Assembly: GCF_002571385.2 (NCBI RefSeq)
Contig: NW_019217976.1
Span: 291,442 to 355,441, forward strand
DNA: 64,000 nt
Reading direction: 5' to 3'
From: Stylophora pistillata
Taxonomy: Eukaryota
A program made the translations under genes and the position numbers. Below, piece after piece: positions 63,846 through 64,000 of the stretch; the stretch's first letter is position 1, and every line of letters begins with the position of its first letter. Below the pieces are notes generated by a model. The model searched no databases and had not been told where the DNA came from. It saw nothing but the letters and a program-made list of their open reading frames with translations.

Positions 63846-64000
63846 TTTTAATTAATTATTAGAGAGATTAAACACCACGTATATTTTTACCCGCGAACGG
63901 CAGAGAGGGTCACGTGACCTGATATTTCCGCGTTTGCCGTTTGCCGGCCGCCGTTTCTACTCGAGGAGGACATTTTACCCGTTTATAGGGAACACGAAAA

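Overview
Eukaryotic, AT-rich, intron-containing animal DNA. The repeat landscape (Penelope elements with minimal hammerheads, TTAA MITEs, 5-bp-TSD hAT-like MITEs, CCC-ended EnSpm) suggests an anthozoan or stony coral, but that is inference. Four genes are supported. (1) VPS53 on the minus strand: 17 exons read, 26655 down to 65, continuing off the left edge. Its 10-kb intron 8 holds a nested transposon stack (EnSpm/CACTA element containing a Gypsy LTR retrotransposon and a second CACTA-ended element that itself contains a CR1-group LINE) plus a solo LTR. (2) A divergently transcribed 5-finger C2H2 zinc-finger gene (coding exons 34845-35028 and 38920-39608). A ~4.8-kb hierarchical tandem array lies between it and the shared promoter. 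(3) A secreted ~808-aa amphipathic-helix repeat protein (apolipoprotein/LEA-like, 51327-55175). Its spliced C-terminus is an acidic spacer, KR and RRRRR convertase-type sites, and a 29-aa +8 cationic Trp-containing peptide. Its signal peptide appears to need a 7-nt micro-exon. (4) An intronless orphan class A GPCR (58623-59642). Gene (3) is the best candidate for something undescribed. No CRISPR array, rRNA or intact tRNA was seen. All exon calls were read by eye, and repeat boundaries are approximate unless a TSD is given.
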